Positions 1 to 13,734 of a stretch of 64,000 bases of DNA are shown piece by piece. Under the pieces are notes generated by a model, which saw only the letters and a list, made by a program, of their open reading frames with translations, did not search any database and was not told the DNA's origin. Source of the DNA: Octopus bimaculoides (lineage: Eukaryota); the NCBI RefSeq assembly GCF_001194135.2, contig NC_068981.1:146936460-147000459 (forward strand), read 5' to 3'. Both the position numbers and the translations under genes were made by a program. How positions within the stretch are numbered: position 1 is the first letter of the stretch; each line of letters begins with the position of its first letter.

Positions 1-89
<89 letters not shown>
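1..89. repeat. Compound (AT)n(AG)n microsatellite
   Basis: Directly visible. Confidence 0.97.
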
Positions 90-489
90 TGTCAAGCTTC
101 TGTAGAAGTTCTTTCTACCAAATTCCACTTACAAAGTATTAGTGAACTCTACAACTCAAAGCTATAGCAGAAGGCAATATCTACAGTGTACCATATAATA
201 AAGACCTAATATGGAACAATAGGCTTGTGAAATGATCTTCTTAATCACACAGCCAAGCGCCTATATGTTAAAATTGAACAAACTATTGTAAATAAATCAT
301 TATGAACTCTTTCAACAAATCATCATAATACCCACCTCCACAACTGTTATACACCTCTATATGTTTATACCAGATGTTTCACTGACCTCTTAATTGATTT
401 ATTTTTCTTTTAGCATGTGTGTGTGTGTGTGTAAAAAAAGTCACAAAAATAATATAAATCAATGACAGAGCTATTGTTATGATATTCTT

Positions 490-682
490 TCTGCAATAAG
501 CGCAAGGTCTGAAATTTTGAGGGTGGGAGCTAGTTGGTTACGTTGACCCCAGTGCTCAACTGGTACTTATTTCATCAACCCCAAAAAGATGAAAGGTAAA
601 ACTGACATCAGCAGAATTTGAACTCAGGACATACAGAGCTGGAAGAAATACTGCAAAACATGCTAACAATTCTGCCAGCTTT
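490..682 (-). mobile_element. SINE family B
   Basis: Same motifs as 4250-4457. Confidence 0.78.
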
Positions 683-704
683 TTTTTTTTAATTCTTTTT
701 TTAT

Positions 705-1025
705 TTGTTTCAGTCATTTGACTGCAGCCATGCTGGAGCACCACCTTCAGTCAAACAAACCGACCCCAGGACTTATTCTTTGTAAGCCTAGTACTTTTGA
801 TCTCTTTTGCTGAACCCTAAGTTAATGGGGACATAAACATACCAGCATCAGATGGTAGGGAGACAAACACACAAACATACGCACACACACACACACACAC
901 GCGCGCGCGATGGGCTTTGGTTGGCCTGAAGCTATAGTAGAAGACATTTGCTCAAAGTGTAACACAGTGGGACTGAACCTGGAACCATGTGGTAGGTAAG
1001 CAAGCTACTTACCACACAGTCACTC
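705..1025 (-). mobile_element. SINE family A
   Basis: Reverse complement of family A. Confidence 0.78.
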
Positions 1026-2454
1026 CTTTGATATTTTTTTTGATAAGACAAGTTGCCAATGTTTTTAAGTTGTTACAGGTTTCAACACTTGAACTTAGAC
1101 CAAACTGAGGCACAGTTATGATATAATTAATTGCTACTAGTAAATCGTTTTGTTGATCATGCAAGAATAGAAAACAAAGTTTTTGACTTCCATCAGAGTT
1201 TTAAACTAAAGCTGAGGTGAATTGATGGGCAGTATTGAATTATGACCACTGATGATGATGATGACAAAGTTCAGTCCTTGTGGCAGAGTGGTGGGTTGTA
1301 TGCCAGTGGAGCACAACCTCTTGATAGGGCCTCCTGTATTGGACAGATCAAATAATGGAGGCCAGATAAAATAAATAACAATCAAATACTAGATTTAACC
1401 CCCTTTCTCTGTCCTCTTTCCTTAAAGTAGTGGCCATGTATTTATATTTAAATACTCTTAAAAGTTGTTAAAAAATATACATTAGCAACAGAGGTAGTAT
1501 TAATATTGAGAAGTTATATTTATTCCCATTTAAATCTGAATGTTCGTTAGAACAAACTATACTGTGGTTGATACCATGAGAAAAACTCTCATATAGGCTT
1601 TTGGTGCAAAATGCATGCTTGTTTATGTTGCTAGCAGGGAGAGAAGACCCTACCAACTCCAGTGCTGAGACCACCAGATCATGTGATTTCAACTTTACTC
1701 GATCTCATCAGTGATGGATGCTCGACTGCTAGAGACAGCAGTGACTCACCTCCCTGCCAGTGATATATAGAAAATCAGTACCTGAACAGTCACTGGTGTT
1801 GCAATTAGCCAGTGAACTTGTTAAAAAATATATATTAGTAAAAGAGGCAGTATTAATACCAAGAGGCAATATTTATTCCCACTCAAATGTGGATGTTCTG
1901 TTAGAACAAGCTATACTGCAGTAGATACCACAAGAGAAACTCTCATATGGGCTTTTGGTGCAATATGCATGCTTGTTTATATCACTAGCAGGAAGACAAA
2001 TCCCCACCATCACCAGTGCCAAAACCACCTGTTAATATGATTTCAACCTTTTTAAAAGTTGGTCTCAGTAAAGAGTATGGTGATTAAAATAAATAAGTAT
2101 TGTTAAGTCAGTTGCATTTCTGTTTTATCACATTGTATAAAATGTTTGAAATGTTAAAATCATTATTTTCCACTCCTAACAAAACCCAGTTAACTGTATA
2201 TTTCCTGCCTAGCATAGGAAAATCTAAACTTCTTTTGAAAGCTATCACTTTGTTCTGTCTGGTAAGCTTTTAGTAGACAGACAAAAAATGAAATACTGAA
2301 ATACACATCTCTCTCCCCCCTCTCTCTATTTCATTATNNNNNNNNNNNNNNNNNNNNNNNNNNNNNNNNNNNNNNNNNNNNNNNNNNNNNNNNNNNNNNN
2401 NNNNNNNNNNNNNNNNNNNNNNNATATATATATATATAAATTGAGTATAAGTGA

Positions 2455-3025
2455 CATCAGATGTAAGTGTGCAGGAGAGAAGACTGTGCTGGTATGGCCA
2501 CATGATACATATGGACAAGGACAGCTGCATAAAGAAGTGCCAATATCTAATTGTGGAACTTGTGGAAGAGGTAGACCCAGGAAGACGTGGACTAGGTGGT
2601 GAAACATGATTATTGGATGTTGAGTCTCACAGAGGCAATGACAAATGAATTCTGGTGAATTGCTGTACTTGAGAAGACATGTCAGGCTAGTGAAATCATG
2701 GTCCTAGCTACTGCTGGCAATGCATGAAAGGCACCCATGCTGTGCTAGTGACATGTAAAAGGCACTCATGTTGGTGACTTGTAAATGGCACCCATGCCAA
2801 TGACACATAAAAGGCATGCATACTGGTGACATGTAAAAGGCACCCAGTACACTCTGTGGAGTGGGTTGGTGTTAGGAAGGGCATCCAACCATAGAAACCA
2901 AGCCAAAATCAGACAAGCACCTGGTGCAGCTCTCTGGTTTACCATCTCCAATCAAACTGTCTAACCCATACCAGCATAGAAAATGGACATCAAACGATGA
3001 TGATGATGATGATGATTATGATGAT
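2455..3025 (+). mobile_element. RTE-type LINE 3' fragment
   Basis: RRLCWYGHMIHMDKDSCIKKC...GTCGRGRPRKTW, a 3' UTR with GGCACCCATG sub-repeats and a (GAT)n tail. Confidence 0.8.
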
Positions 3026-3189
3026 ATATAGATATATATATAGTTGCATGTGGTAAGAAGCATGCTTCCCAACCACATGCTTCTAGGTTCAGTCCAATTG
3101 CTTGGCACTTTGAGCAAGTGTCTTCTACTATAGCCTGAGGCTGACCAAAGCCTTGTGGGTGGATTTGGTAGATGTAAACTGAAAGAAAC

Positions 3190-3460
3190 TTACATTATTT
3201 ACATTTGATAGATATTTGTCCTCATCTTGTTTGTTGTTAACAAGTTTCGACTGATATACCCTTCAGCCTTCATCAGGTGTCTTGGGGAAACTTCGAACCT
3301 GGGTTCTCATTCCTGAGGTATTTTTTGATGCTATTATTATTATTATTATTATTGTTGTTGTTGTTGTTGTTGTTGAGATCACTGCTTGGAATTGAACTAC
3401 AGAATCTTGGGGTTAGTAGCCCGTGCTCTTAGCCACTATGCCATATGTCCGTGGGCAATT
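3190..3460 (-). mobile_element. tRNA(Ser-like)-headed SINE with a hammerhead-like motif in its 3' part
   Basis: A box TGGCATAGTGG, anticodon-like loop CT-ACT-AA, B box GTTCAATTCC, (AAC/AAT)n, then ACAC-CTGATGA-A-GGCTG..CAGTC-GAAAC. Confidence 0.65.
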
Positions 3461-4249
3461 ATGGAGTGAATTTTAGGGCTTATAAATCTAATATTTTTCT
3501 ATCCTTCCTTAATACTGGTTCCCATAGTGAGTGCCTTTTACATGTCACTGGCATGGGTGTCTTTTATATGTCACTAGCCACCAATAATAACTCACAGCTT
3601 CTGATCTTAACTAATTAGAAGTGTTATCATGTGTATGTTTTGTCTTGGTATAAAAGATGGGCTACAGCAAATATTCTGCCAATACCACAGATTTGCATGC
3701 CCTGATGCAGTACCAGGCAGTGGCTCTCATGGCTTCTGATCTTAACTGATTGGAAATGTTATCATGTACATTGTTTTGTTTTAGTGTAAAAGATAGGCTA
3801 CAACAAATATTGTGCTCAATACCACGGATTTGCTTGTCAGTTGTTTGACCTTAACCAGTTGATCATGTCCCTTAATGGCTCATGATATGTGCACCTCTGA
3901 TCATGAGCAGAAGTAGTGGGGGAGCATCATAGCCATATGTTGACAAAAATTCTTTGGGATTTGAAACATGGGTGTTTTGTTCATCATCCTTAAACAACCC
4001 TTATTCAGGGAACTTTTGAGCAGGATGAGAAATTCTAACTGGGTCTCACTTGCAAGGTCATGCGCTATTTATCTTGATATGAGATAACCATGTGCACATA
4101 TAGTTTGTGATGCATGTGCCTGGTGTACTCTTATCAGATAGGTAATTATGATGGGTATATTGGGCTTCGTATATTTTACCTTGGTGTCACTTTGATGACA
4201 TGCACTGCTCTCTCACTCAATACTACTACTACTACTACTAATAATAATA

Positions 4250-4857
<608 letters not shown>

Positions 4858-5009
4858 GTGAAGTGAAAAAATGAAAATGATAGATTTTTCTTGTAAATAT
4901 CCTATCGAAATTTAGCAAACAAGTGAACTGAACAAGTGCTGGAAATGTAGCAACTCTGTTGACATAAACATTTTAATCTCCTAACAGTGTCACATATGAT
5001 GGTTTCAAA

Positions 5010-5215
5010 TTTTGGCATAAGGCCTGCAAGTTCAGAAGAGGGAGGCCAGGTGATAATATCAACCCCAGTGTGCTTAAGTGTTACTTATTTTATTGACCCC
5101 AAAAGTATGAAAGGTAAGAAGATTAACCTAAGGGGAATTTAAACTCAGAACATAAAGACAGATGAAACACCACTAAGCATTTTGCCCAGTGAGCTAACGA
5201 TTCTGCCAGCTCACT
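5010..5215 (-). mobile_element. SINE family B
   Basis: Same motifs as 4250-4457. Confidence 0.75.
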
Positions 5216-5759
5216 ACTTTTGTATCATATATAATAAAAATTTTATAGGTTATTCAGATATATAAAACCATTGGATCAGTATTATACAAAAAAAAAATCT
5301 TTATAACCTTATTTTTTTTTTAATACAATTGTATCATAGTAATGTATTGTAGCAATTAAAAACAAACCTCAGTTACACCATTGTTGTCGCCACCACCACC
5401 GTCTTTGTTGTCATTGTAGTCATTGTCATCATAGTCAATGTTGTTGTTATTTAATATCTGTTTTCTATGCTGGCATGGGTTGATTGTTTCGAAACACTAT
5501 ATATTTACTAGGTGTCAAAGTATTTTATTGTATGTTTACCACATAATTACTGATACTCTATTTCACTGTAGAGTATTGAAATACTGTTTCCTAATAATAT
5601 ATATTATAATCACAAAATAATAATAAAGTATGAGAATGAACACATTAGTGTTTATGGGAGTTTTAATGGGTATAGTGATGCTACTATGATGTCTTAGTCC
5701 TAGTACACAATTCCAAGTGAAATCTCTTGTAAAACATGAGCAACTAAGAAAAATTTTTT

Positions 5760-5887
5760 TACGGTCCCGGGTTCAGTCCCACTGCGAGGCATCTTGGGCA
5801 AGTGTCTTCTACTATAGCCTCGGGCCGACCAAAGCCTTGTGAGTGGATTTGGTAGACGGAAACTGAAAGAAGCCCGTCGTATATATG

Positions 5888-5918
<31 letters not shown>

Positions 5919-6038
5919 GTTTGTATGTGTGTGTTTGTCCCCCCAACATCGCTTGACAACCGATGCTGGTGTGTTTATGTCCCCGTAACTTAGCGGTTCG
6001 GCAAAAGAGAACGATAGAATAAGTACTAGGCTTCTAAA
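5760..6038 (+). mobile_element. SINE family A, 5'-truncated and running into an N gap
   Basis: Same family. Confidence 0.8.
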
Positions 6039-6977
6039 GNNNNNNNNNNNNNNNNNNNNNNNNNNNNNNNNNNNNNNNNNNNNNNNNNNNNNNNNNNNNN
6101 NNNNNNNNNNNNNNNNNATTTTTAATAAGAGCTGTAATAACATCATCACCATCTGGTCATTACGTTATCGTTGTTGACATTGTTGTCGTCACCATCATCA
6201 AGTCATTATTTTTCATTAAGAACTATAATGGCAGTATCACTTGAGAACTACACTATCTAGCCAATGAGGGAACTATTGTATGGTCACTCGATCTAGAAAT
6301 TACAGCCAAATCTCCTCCAAATGACTGCTTACCACCATAAAAAACAGTGGGGGGGGGGAAATATACATTGGGTAATATAGTTCTAGATACCCTGTATCTG
6401 AAAATAAGACAGGATTGTCATGACTGGAATGCTTTTTGTCATAGGTCTACTTGATTGGGGCTGAACAGCAATAAGCATCTAATGATTTAGGAATAAGTCA
6501 ACCTTAGATAAATGGGTGACATTAGTGTAATTGTTGTCTGATTTGGATTGCTTTTTGGAGAACAGTAAGGAAGGATTGCAGTTTTTGAAAGGAAGAATTG
6601 GATCAAACATTTAGTAAGATCTCTTGAAAGAAGTTGAGGAAAAGTGAACCTGTAAGTTTTTTATTCTCCATTATTTTACCTAGGTTTACAAATAGTCTGT
6701 CTGTGAGATTATATCAAACATTGCTACCATTTGATGTGCTGTACTTGTCTGTTAACCAAGTCCATCATGATAATCACTTTGTCTTTAGCTGTTCTTTCTT
6801 TTCCTTTTTCTTTCTGGTGTACATGGTAAAACATTTCTCATAGTAGATGGCTGCTGTCATCTTTTGATCTTCTTCAACAAAACTACTATCCTTGTGTTTT
6901 CTTGAAGGTGGATTGAATGAGAAATCCTGCTCTCTTGTACATTTTATAAAAAGTGATTAGAATATCTAGTGTACTTA

Positions 6978-7320
6978 TATTGTGCTGCGTCTGAAGTTTG
7001 TCAATATTTTGTAAATTATCTGTTTTATTTATCAAGTTACAACAAACGCAACCTAGCATTCAAAGTAGAGACCATCATGTAGCACCTTTCTGCCAGTTCT
7101 TTGATACCATGCTGATACCATTTCTTGTCCTTCAAAGGGAAGAACTCCATCACTGAAGCTTTCAATTCCTCTTCATTTATGGTATGTTGCAAGTTCAGGA
7201 AATTAACTATGGACGCTAGGCTGCTTTTGTCATAACTTGACAAACCAGTGACCAAAATATTGCAAAACTTTTGACTCAACACAATCACTGTCCACTCCAA
7301 ATTTTTGACTCACCACAATA
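6978..7320 (-). mobile_element. Short mariner relic from a different family, transposase C-terminus only
   Basis: Minus-strand EEELKASVMEFF..KDKKWYQHGIKELAER. Imperfect terminal inverted repeats, TATTGTGCTGCGTC versus TATTGTGGTGAGTC. Confidence 0.6.
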
Positions 7321-7769
7321 GTTTTTGCCCTCTGGTTTTGCATGTAATATTTCCTGTTAGTATGTTCCTAAGCAAGAGTCACAGCATTAACATTTCAGTT
7401 CAGTTTCTGGCCAATAATACACTTGCATAGGACATTGACATTAAATGATTATGATGGTGACAATGATAATGATGATGTACCATGATTAATACAGTACTTT
7501 AAAGTTGCATTACATCTTAATGTAATGTTTTAAGACCATGTTCCTTGATTATATCAATCCATTTAACATTCCAAAACACAAACTAACAAGAAACCCTCTA
7601 CATGGTCATGCAATCTGCCAGAAATAGCTGTTAAATCTCCAATAAACCACCCTTTGTTGTCTTAAAAGTTACGACTTATTGGATAATGTAGTGCTCTCAT
7701 TCTGGTAATTCTATATGAGCAAAAGATTGGATGGTCTGACTGAATTGATCCTTGTACTTATTTTCTTAA

Positions 7770-8100
7770 GCCCAGTACTTATTATATTGATCTCTATCAC
7801 CAAAACACTAAGTTACAGGGACGTAACCATACCAACACCAGTTGTCAAGAGATGGTAGGGAAATGACATACACACATGAAATATATATATGTATATATAT
7901 ATCTTATTATTATTATCATAAATTGATGATGATATATACAATGGGCTTCTTTCAGTTTTTGTCTACCAAATCCACTTACAAGATTGTGGTTGGCCTGAGA
8001 TTATAATAGAAGACATTTGCCCAAGGTACCACACAGTGAGACTGAACCCGAAACCATGTGGTTGGGAAACAAACTTCTTACCACACAGCCACACCTGTGC
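7770..8100 (-). mobile_element. SINE family A
   Basis: Reverse complement of family A, diverged. Confidence 0.75.
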
Positions 8101-8213
8101 CTAATCATCCCGAATATTTCTCTTAATTTATACAACTTTTTCTTTATTATTCAAACATTGATTAATGTTTTATGACCCTTATTAAAAAGGTTGTTGCCGA
8201 TATTATATTATAG

Positions 8214-8295
8214 CTTACAACCAGTATATGAAGCAGCATGGTGGATCAATAGTCAACATCATTGCTGATATGTGGAAGGGTTTTCCTATGATGAG
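8214..8295 (+). CDS. PECR: PECR internal coding exon (A)YNQYMKQHGGSIVNIIADMWKGFPMM(S)
   Basis: AG at 8212-13 and GTAAG at 8296. The 82 bp exon is in phase with the next one, and the GGSIVNII motif matches the SDR/PECR beta-strand. Earlier exons were not found in the window. Confidence 0.9.
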
Positions 8296-8579
8296 GTAAG
8301 TTATTATTTATGGACATTGAGTATAAATGATCTGAAGAGGATGAACAGAAATAAGGAGAATGTAATCTGTTGGATGTGTGTGATGTTTGGTTGTATGAAA
8401 CACAGGTTGATGTGTTGGATGCCTGTAATGTTAGTCTGTATGAGAGACAAAGCACAAGTGATCTGGTGTATATGATTGTAATGCTGAGAATCTGAGCTCA
8501 AGTAATCTGTTGGGTATTTATAATGTTAACCTGTGTAACAAACTGAGCTGTTTGTAGTAGTAGTTGTATTAGAAATAAT

Positions 8580-9003
8580 AATTCTTCCTACTATAGATGC
8601 ACCTGAAATTTTGTCAGTTGGGCAGTTACTTTGACCCCAGTGCTAAACTGGTACTTATTTTATAGATCCTGAAAGGATGAAAGGCAAAGTTTATCACAGT
8701 GGGATTTGAATTTAGAACATAGAAAGCTGGTAGAAATGCCACAAAGCATTTCATTTGATGCAATAATGAATCTGCCAACTTACCACCTAAGCAATAACAA
8801 TTCTTTATAATTTTGGCACAAGTTTGGTAATTTTGAGAGAAGTAGGTCAGCTATATAGATCTCAGTACTTGACTGTTTTATTATATTAACTCCAAAAGGA
8901 TGAATGACAAAGTTAACTTTGGTAGGATTTGAACTCAAAATGTAAGATCCAGAAAAAATGCCACTAAACATTTTGTCTGCACAGTAATGGATGTGCTAGC
9001 TCA
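8580..9003 (-). mobile_element. Two tandem SINE family B copies
   Basis: Same motifs occurring twice. Confidence 0.75.
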
Positions 9004-9045
9004 CACCCTGTTGTTGTTGTTATAATAACAACAACAATAATAATA

Positions 9046-9190
9046 ATGAGCAAACTCCAGAAGGAGACGTGGTATGAGCAAACTCCAGAAGGAGACATGG
9101 TATAAGCAAACTCCAGAGGGAGTCACCGAAAATGAGAATTGCAAAATCCTGCGGGATGCAATGATCCAGTGCGATCATACACTAGATAAA
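9046..9190 (+). mobile_element. Fragment of an R4/Dong-like (REL-endonuclease) non-LTR element with a 28 bp triplication
   Basis: WYKQTPEGVTENENCKIL(R)DAMIQCDH resembles the WYEH.PE.V.ENE..KILWD..IQTDH motif that precedes the REL nuclease. It sits directly after a (TAA)n run. Confidence 0.6.
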
Positions 9191-9291
9191 ACACAAGACA
9201 GAGAAGTCAGTGGTGAAAGAGCCATAAAGAGGAAAGTGTGCATAGTCAGAAATAGGGTTGTTAAATTTCAAGAAACATGGAATTTTTGAAG

Positions 9292-9660
9292 GAGAGGCTG
9301 AGCACAAATGGTCTATTAGATGCTTTTAAAGTTAGTCTATATGAGAGACTGAGCATAAATGGTCTATTAGATGCTTGTAAAGTTAGTCTATATGAGAGAC
9401 TGAGCATAAATGGTCTTTTGGTTGGATGTCTGTAATATGAATATGAATGAGAAGCTAAGCACAAATGATGTGTTTGATATCTGTAATGTTGGCCTTCATG
9501 ACACATCTGACCTTAAGCGATATGTTGGATATCAGTGATGTCTGTATGACAGATTGAATGTAAGTTATCTGTTTATTGTCATTGTGAGAGACTAAATACA
9601 AGGTATCTGTTAGATGTCTTTGACATTAGTCTGTATGATAGTCTGAACATATGTAAGAGA
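9292..9660. repeat. 51 bp minisatellite, degenerating distally
   Basis: Unit GAGACTGAGCATAAATGGTCTATTAGATGCTTGTAAAGTTAGTCTATATGA, near-perfect twice and then diverged; related units at ~8355-8550. Confidence 0.8.
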
Positions 9661-10215
9661 GGAGCTGAGAGCTGAGAGAAAGAGTATTGCTTGAAGTGGT
9701 ATAGTTGAAATAACTGTGATGGTATGGCTAGTTTGGCTATGTGATAAGAATGGATGGAGAATGCTGTGTGAAAAAGCGTTGTGTATTGATTGTGGAAGAG
9801 CAAGACTGCAGAAGGAAATGATGAGGTTAAATTGTACAATGCCTGGCCTCAAAGAAGAAATGGTGTAAGAGTGATATTTTTGATAATGTGCTGCAGTGCA
9901 GCAGATCTATCCAACCCATGCCATTAAGGAAAAATTAATGCTAAAATGTTGATAATAATGATGATAATGATGATGAAAATGGTGGTGGTGGCGAGAATGA
10001 TAGTGATAGTGGATGATCAAAATAAAGCAGTTACTATATTTACTTGTGTATAAGTCTCACTATTTTATACTTGATTTTAACTTAAAAGAATTGGGATATA
10101 CACATGACAGAGCTAAAACTGTGGAGGGAAAAAACTTAACTGTAAATTTAGGGATGTGACTTATACAGGAGTGCAACTTGTATACAAGAAGATAACTTTG
10201 TTAAATGAATCTTAA

Positions 10216-10392
<177 letters not shown>

Positions 10393-11400
10393 TAATTGTG
10401 TTACCTCACTTCCCCCTAAAAACTATTGCTCCTTCCAACATGCCCAGCTCCCACTTTTGAGTGTTACTGCCCACATGAAGAACCTCAGCCTTATGGGGAA
10501 AGGATTATATCATTTTTTTTTTCTTTCCTGAATTTTCCATCTTTTATGTCACCAAATATATGATGTGTCAAAGGGACTCAATATTCTCTTTGTACCAAAC
10601 ATTACCGCATGATTCAGCAGCTTTCACACTTAATATTAACCAAGCAACCATAAACAACATACAGCTATTTGCATGACTGCACTTTTTATTTCCTATCAAA
10701 GGAACCTTCTCTGACATTTGTTCTCATTTTAAGTTTTGGCCTACAGTTGCTTCTTCTGTCACTCCATCTTCTATTCACATTCATTAATTCTGCTTGACTA
10801 GTTCATCTCATTTATCACTCAGCATTAAACCTACAAAAATTTACTCAAAATATTCAGCTTTAACTCAAATCAGCAAAATTATTCTGGTCCTTCATGTTTT
10901 TACATGGGATATTCTCATTCTAGTTACAAGTACCAGCTTTTCTTTTGTGATAATAAAAATACAAAATCAAAAAAGGAAACATATTTTAACTTATATTTTA
11001 TGTTTATGTGACATCATTTAAACAATGACTTCTTCAAATATAAATTTGAAAGTTGAGATAACAGAGAGAAGTTACAACTACATGAAATCATCAGGCAGTT
11101 TAAATGCATAAGTCTCTGATATCCAAGTGGCTAAAAAGTATCAACAGAAGGATAACTAGGAGTCATGACCTGGATTTGGCACAGCCCCCTTAGAGTGTAA
11201 GAAGTTAAGGGCTGAAACACTTGCCTCACTAGGGTCTCTTCCCTGAAAACCATCTGCTGTTCAGCTCTCCCGAGTGTTTTCTACCACCATAGAGCTTATC
11301 TAGTTTCAAAATTCATTCACTGTATAGATATTAATATATAATTTTTAATTGCAAATTATTAAAAACTTCAACAAATCTCCCATTCCACTGGCCAATACTA

Positions 11401-11775
11401 GTTGTGTGGTAAGTAGCTTGCTTACTAACCACATGTTTCTGGGTTCAGTCCCACTGTGTGGCACCTTGGGCAAGTGTCTTCTACGATAGCCTTGGGCTAA
11501 CCAAAGCCTTGTGAGTGGATTTGGTAGACGGAAACTGAAAGAAGCCCGTCGTATATATATATATATGTGTTTTTGTGTCTGTGTTTGCCCCTCCCCCCAA
11601 CATCGCTTGACAACCGATGCTGGTGTGTTTGCGTCCCCGTAACTTAGCGGTTCAGCAAAAGTGACCGATAGAGTAAGTACTAGGCTTACAAAGAATAAGT
11701 CCTGGGGTCAATTTCCTTGACTAAAGGTGGTGCTCCAGCATGGCTGCAGTCAAATGACTGAAACAAGTAAAAGAG
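11401..11775 (+). mobile_element. tRNA-derived SINE family A, near full length
   Basis: A/B box-like head (TGTGTGGTAAG..GGGTTCAGTCCC), CCTTGGGCAAG core, internal (AT)/(GT)n and tail ending TGACTGAAACAAGTAAAAGA; many copies in the window. Confidence 0.85.
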
Positions 11776-13314
11776 TATATAATGGGTCACCATTTTATAA
11801 TGTAAGGAAGATTTTTATGATACTTTTGGAGTATCTTCTTCTTCTATTATAATTATTCTGTTGATTCAAGAAGCTAGAAATACAAAAAATGAAGTTCTCA
11901 GGCAGAGTAAATTCAATAACCGTTTATTCACAGGTACTTCATACAAGGAGTTTGCTTTCAGTAGCCATCTTCACAGCAGTGCATAGTTAGCCTTCTCTCC
12001 CATACACGTGAGGTTCAATAACCTCTGGAGACAATGCATGTGGTATCACAGAGGGACAAAAGTCTGCTGTGAGCTCCTGGCTTCGAAGTGTCTTCTTGGC
12101 ATCAGCATGAGAAGAATGAGAGGGAAAATGTCGTTGTCTTTTTTTTTAAATAATGGTTGCAGGTGAGATCTCGCTGTTTCAAAATGGTTCTAGCTTCTTT
12201 GTGCCTGGGTACACATACATAATTCTGAAGCAATGAAAGTACTTTTATGTTGTTTGTCAAGCAGCTAGAAATAGTTGTCAAATTTCCCTTAAATCACCCT
12301 CTACTGTCTTAAAAGTGAAAATTAGATTCCACTTAGTAGTCTTAGATTCCAATATAAAGTCAGTATGACATGGTTGGTATGTCTTTGATCACAGGTTTGT
12401 TCTGTCAAAGTTGATCTAGAGCTAAACAATAACAATAGCAATGATGCATAAATGTTTCATGCTGCTTTTCTGATAAAAAAGAAGGCATATACATATGTAA
12501 ACAATTATTTAAATAACACAACATACATGAGATATAGAATGTGATAGTTAACAATCTTCATTGCACAAAATATTTTAGTTATTCATGTGAAAATTTTTCG
12601 TGGTTTATCAAAGACAGATTAAGTAGAAAAAGTGAAAACCCCTTACCACAAAACTGTCAGTTCTGTGTAGCTCCTGAAGTTGTTCTGTTTAGGAGGTTAG
12701 AAGCTTTGGTAGAGCAATTTGGTGGGAAAATTCACAAAACTTACTTTCAAGTCATAAAAAATATCTTTCACGCTTATGTGGTTATACACAAGCTGATCCG
12801 ATTGGTCAAACCATGTTCACATAGGCGTTAATGCATTTTATGGCGACGCAGTCAATTTCTCATAGCTAGTCTTTTCTTTTTAAGACAGTATAGTTAGGCC
12901 ATGGTCCTAAACTGGAGATCTGAGCAAGATGGTTTGAAATTCAAGAGAAGCCTCATTACAAACTAAACCTTTGAAGGCACTGCTCCAGCATGACCATAGT
13001 CCAATGAATGAAACCAGTAAAAGGATACAAGAATAAATAAGATTAAAAAAAACAATATTTGTTTATAAAGTTTGTTATCTAAAACTTAAATCATTTAATT
13101 AAGTGAAAGAAATATGTCAATTAATGCAGTTAATTAATCTAAAATAACTTCCGATTATCATGCACACACATACATAATAACTCAAATAACTTAATAAGGA
13201 GAAGCTTTATAAATAGATATTCGGTAATGCATTATAAATAACAACCAAGCAATATCAGAATAAATATTCAAAAAAGAGGAAGGAAAAACTTCCTGTTGAT
13301 ATTTCTTTTTTATG

Positions 13315-13540
13315 AAAGGCGGCAAGCTGGTAAAATCATTACCACACCAAGCAAAATACTTAGCAGCATTTTTTCAATCTTTATGTTCTGAGTTCAAGTG
13401 CTGCCAGGGTTAACTTTGCCTTTCATTTTTCCAGAGTCAATAAATTAAGTACCAATTAAGCACTTAGGTCAATGTAACTGATTTAGCCCCCCACCCCCAC
13501 CCCCAAAAAACTGCTGGCCTTGTACCAAAATTTGAAACTG
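13315..13540 (+). mobile_element. SINE family B
   Basis: AAGGCGGCAAGCTGG...GAGTTCAAG head on the plus strand. Confidence 0.75.
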
Positions 13541-13590
13541 ATACTTCTTTTATGAGCAAAACAACATTTTATTGTTTCTGTTTTTATTTG

Positions 13591-13621
<31 letters not shown>

Positions 13622-13734
13622 TCCATACATTTAATGTTCATAGCATGATTTGGATGGAGACTTAATTGGACCAGCAATTTCAGACATATGGTGCATATGT
13701 ACATACACACACACACACACACACGCATACATTG

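Noticed and set aside
3375-3460. Functional tRNA-Ser gene
   Set aside because: Acceptor stem and variable arm do not form properly and it continues into a SINE body; treated as a SINE head.
9046-9190. Idea that the Dong-like LINE mobilises SINE family B
   Set aside because: The Dong-like fragment abuts (TAA)n on its sense strand whereas SINE B has (ATT)n on its sense strand, and no shared 3' tail is visible.
9292-9660. 51 bp repeats as a CRISPR array or a repeat-protein exon
   Set aside because: Contiguous units without unique spacers, eukaryotic context, no cas genes and no splice signals.
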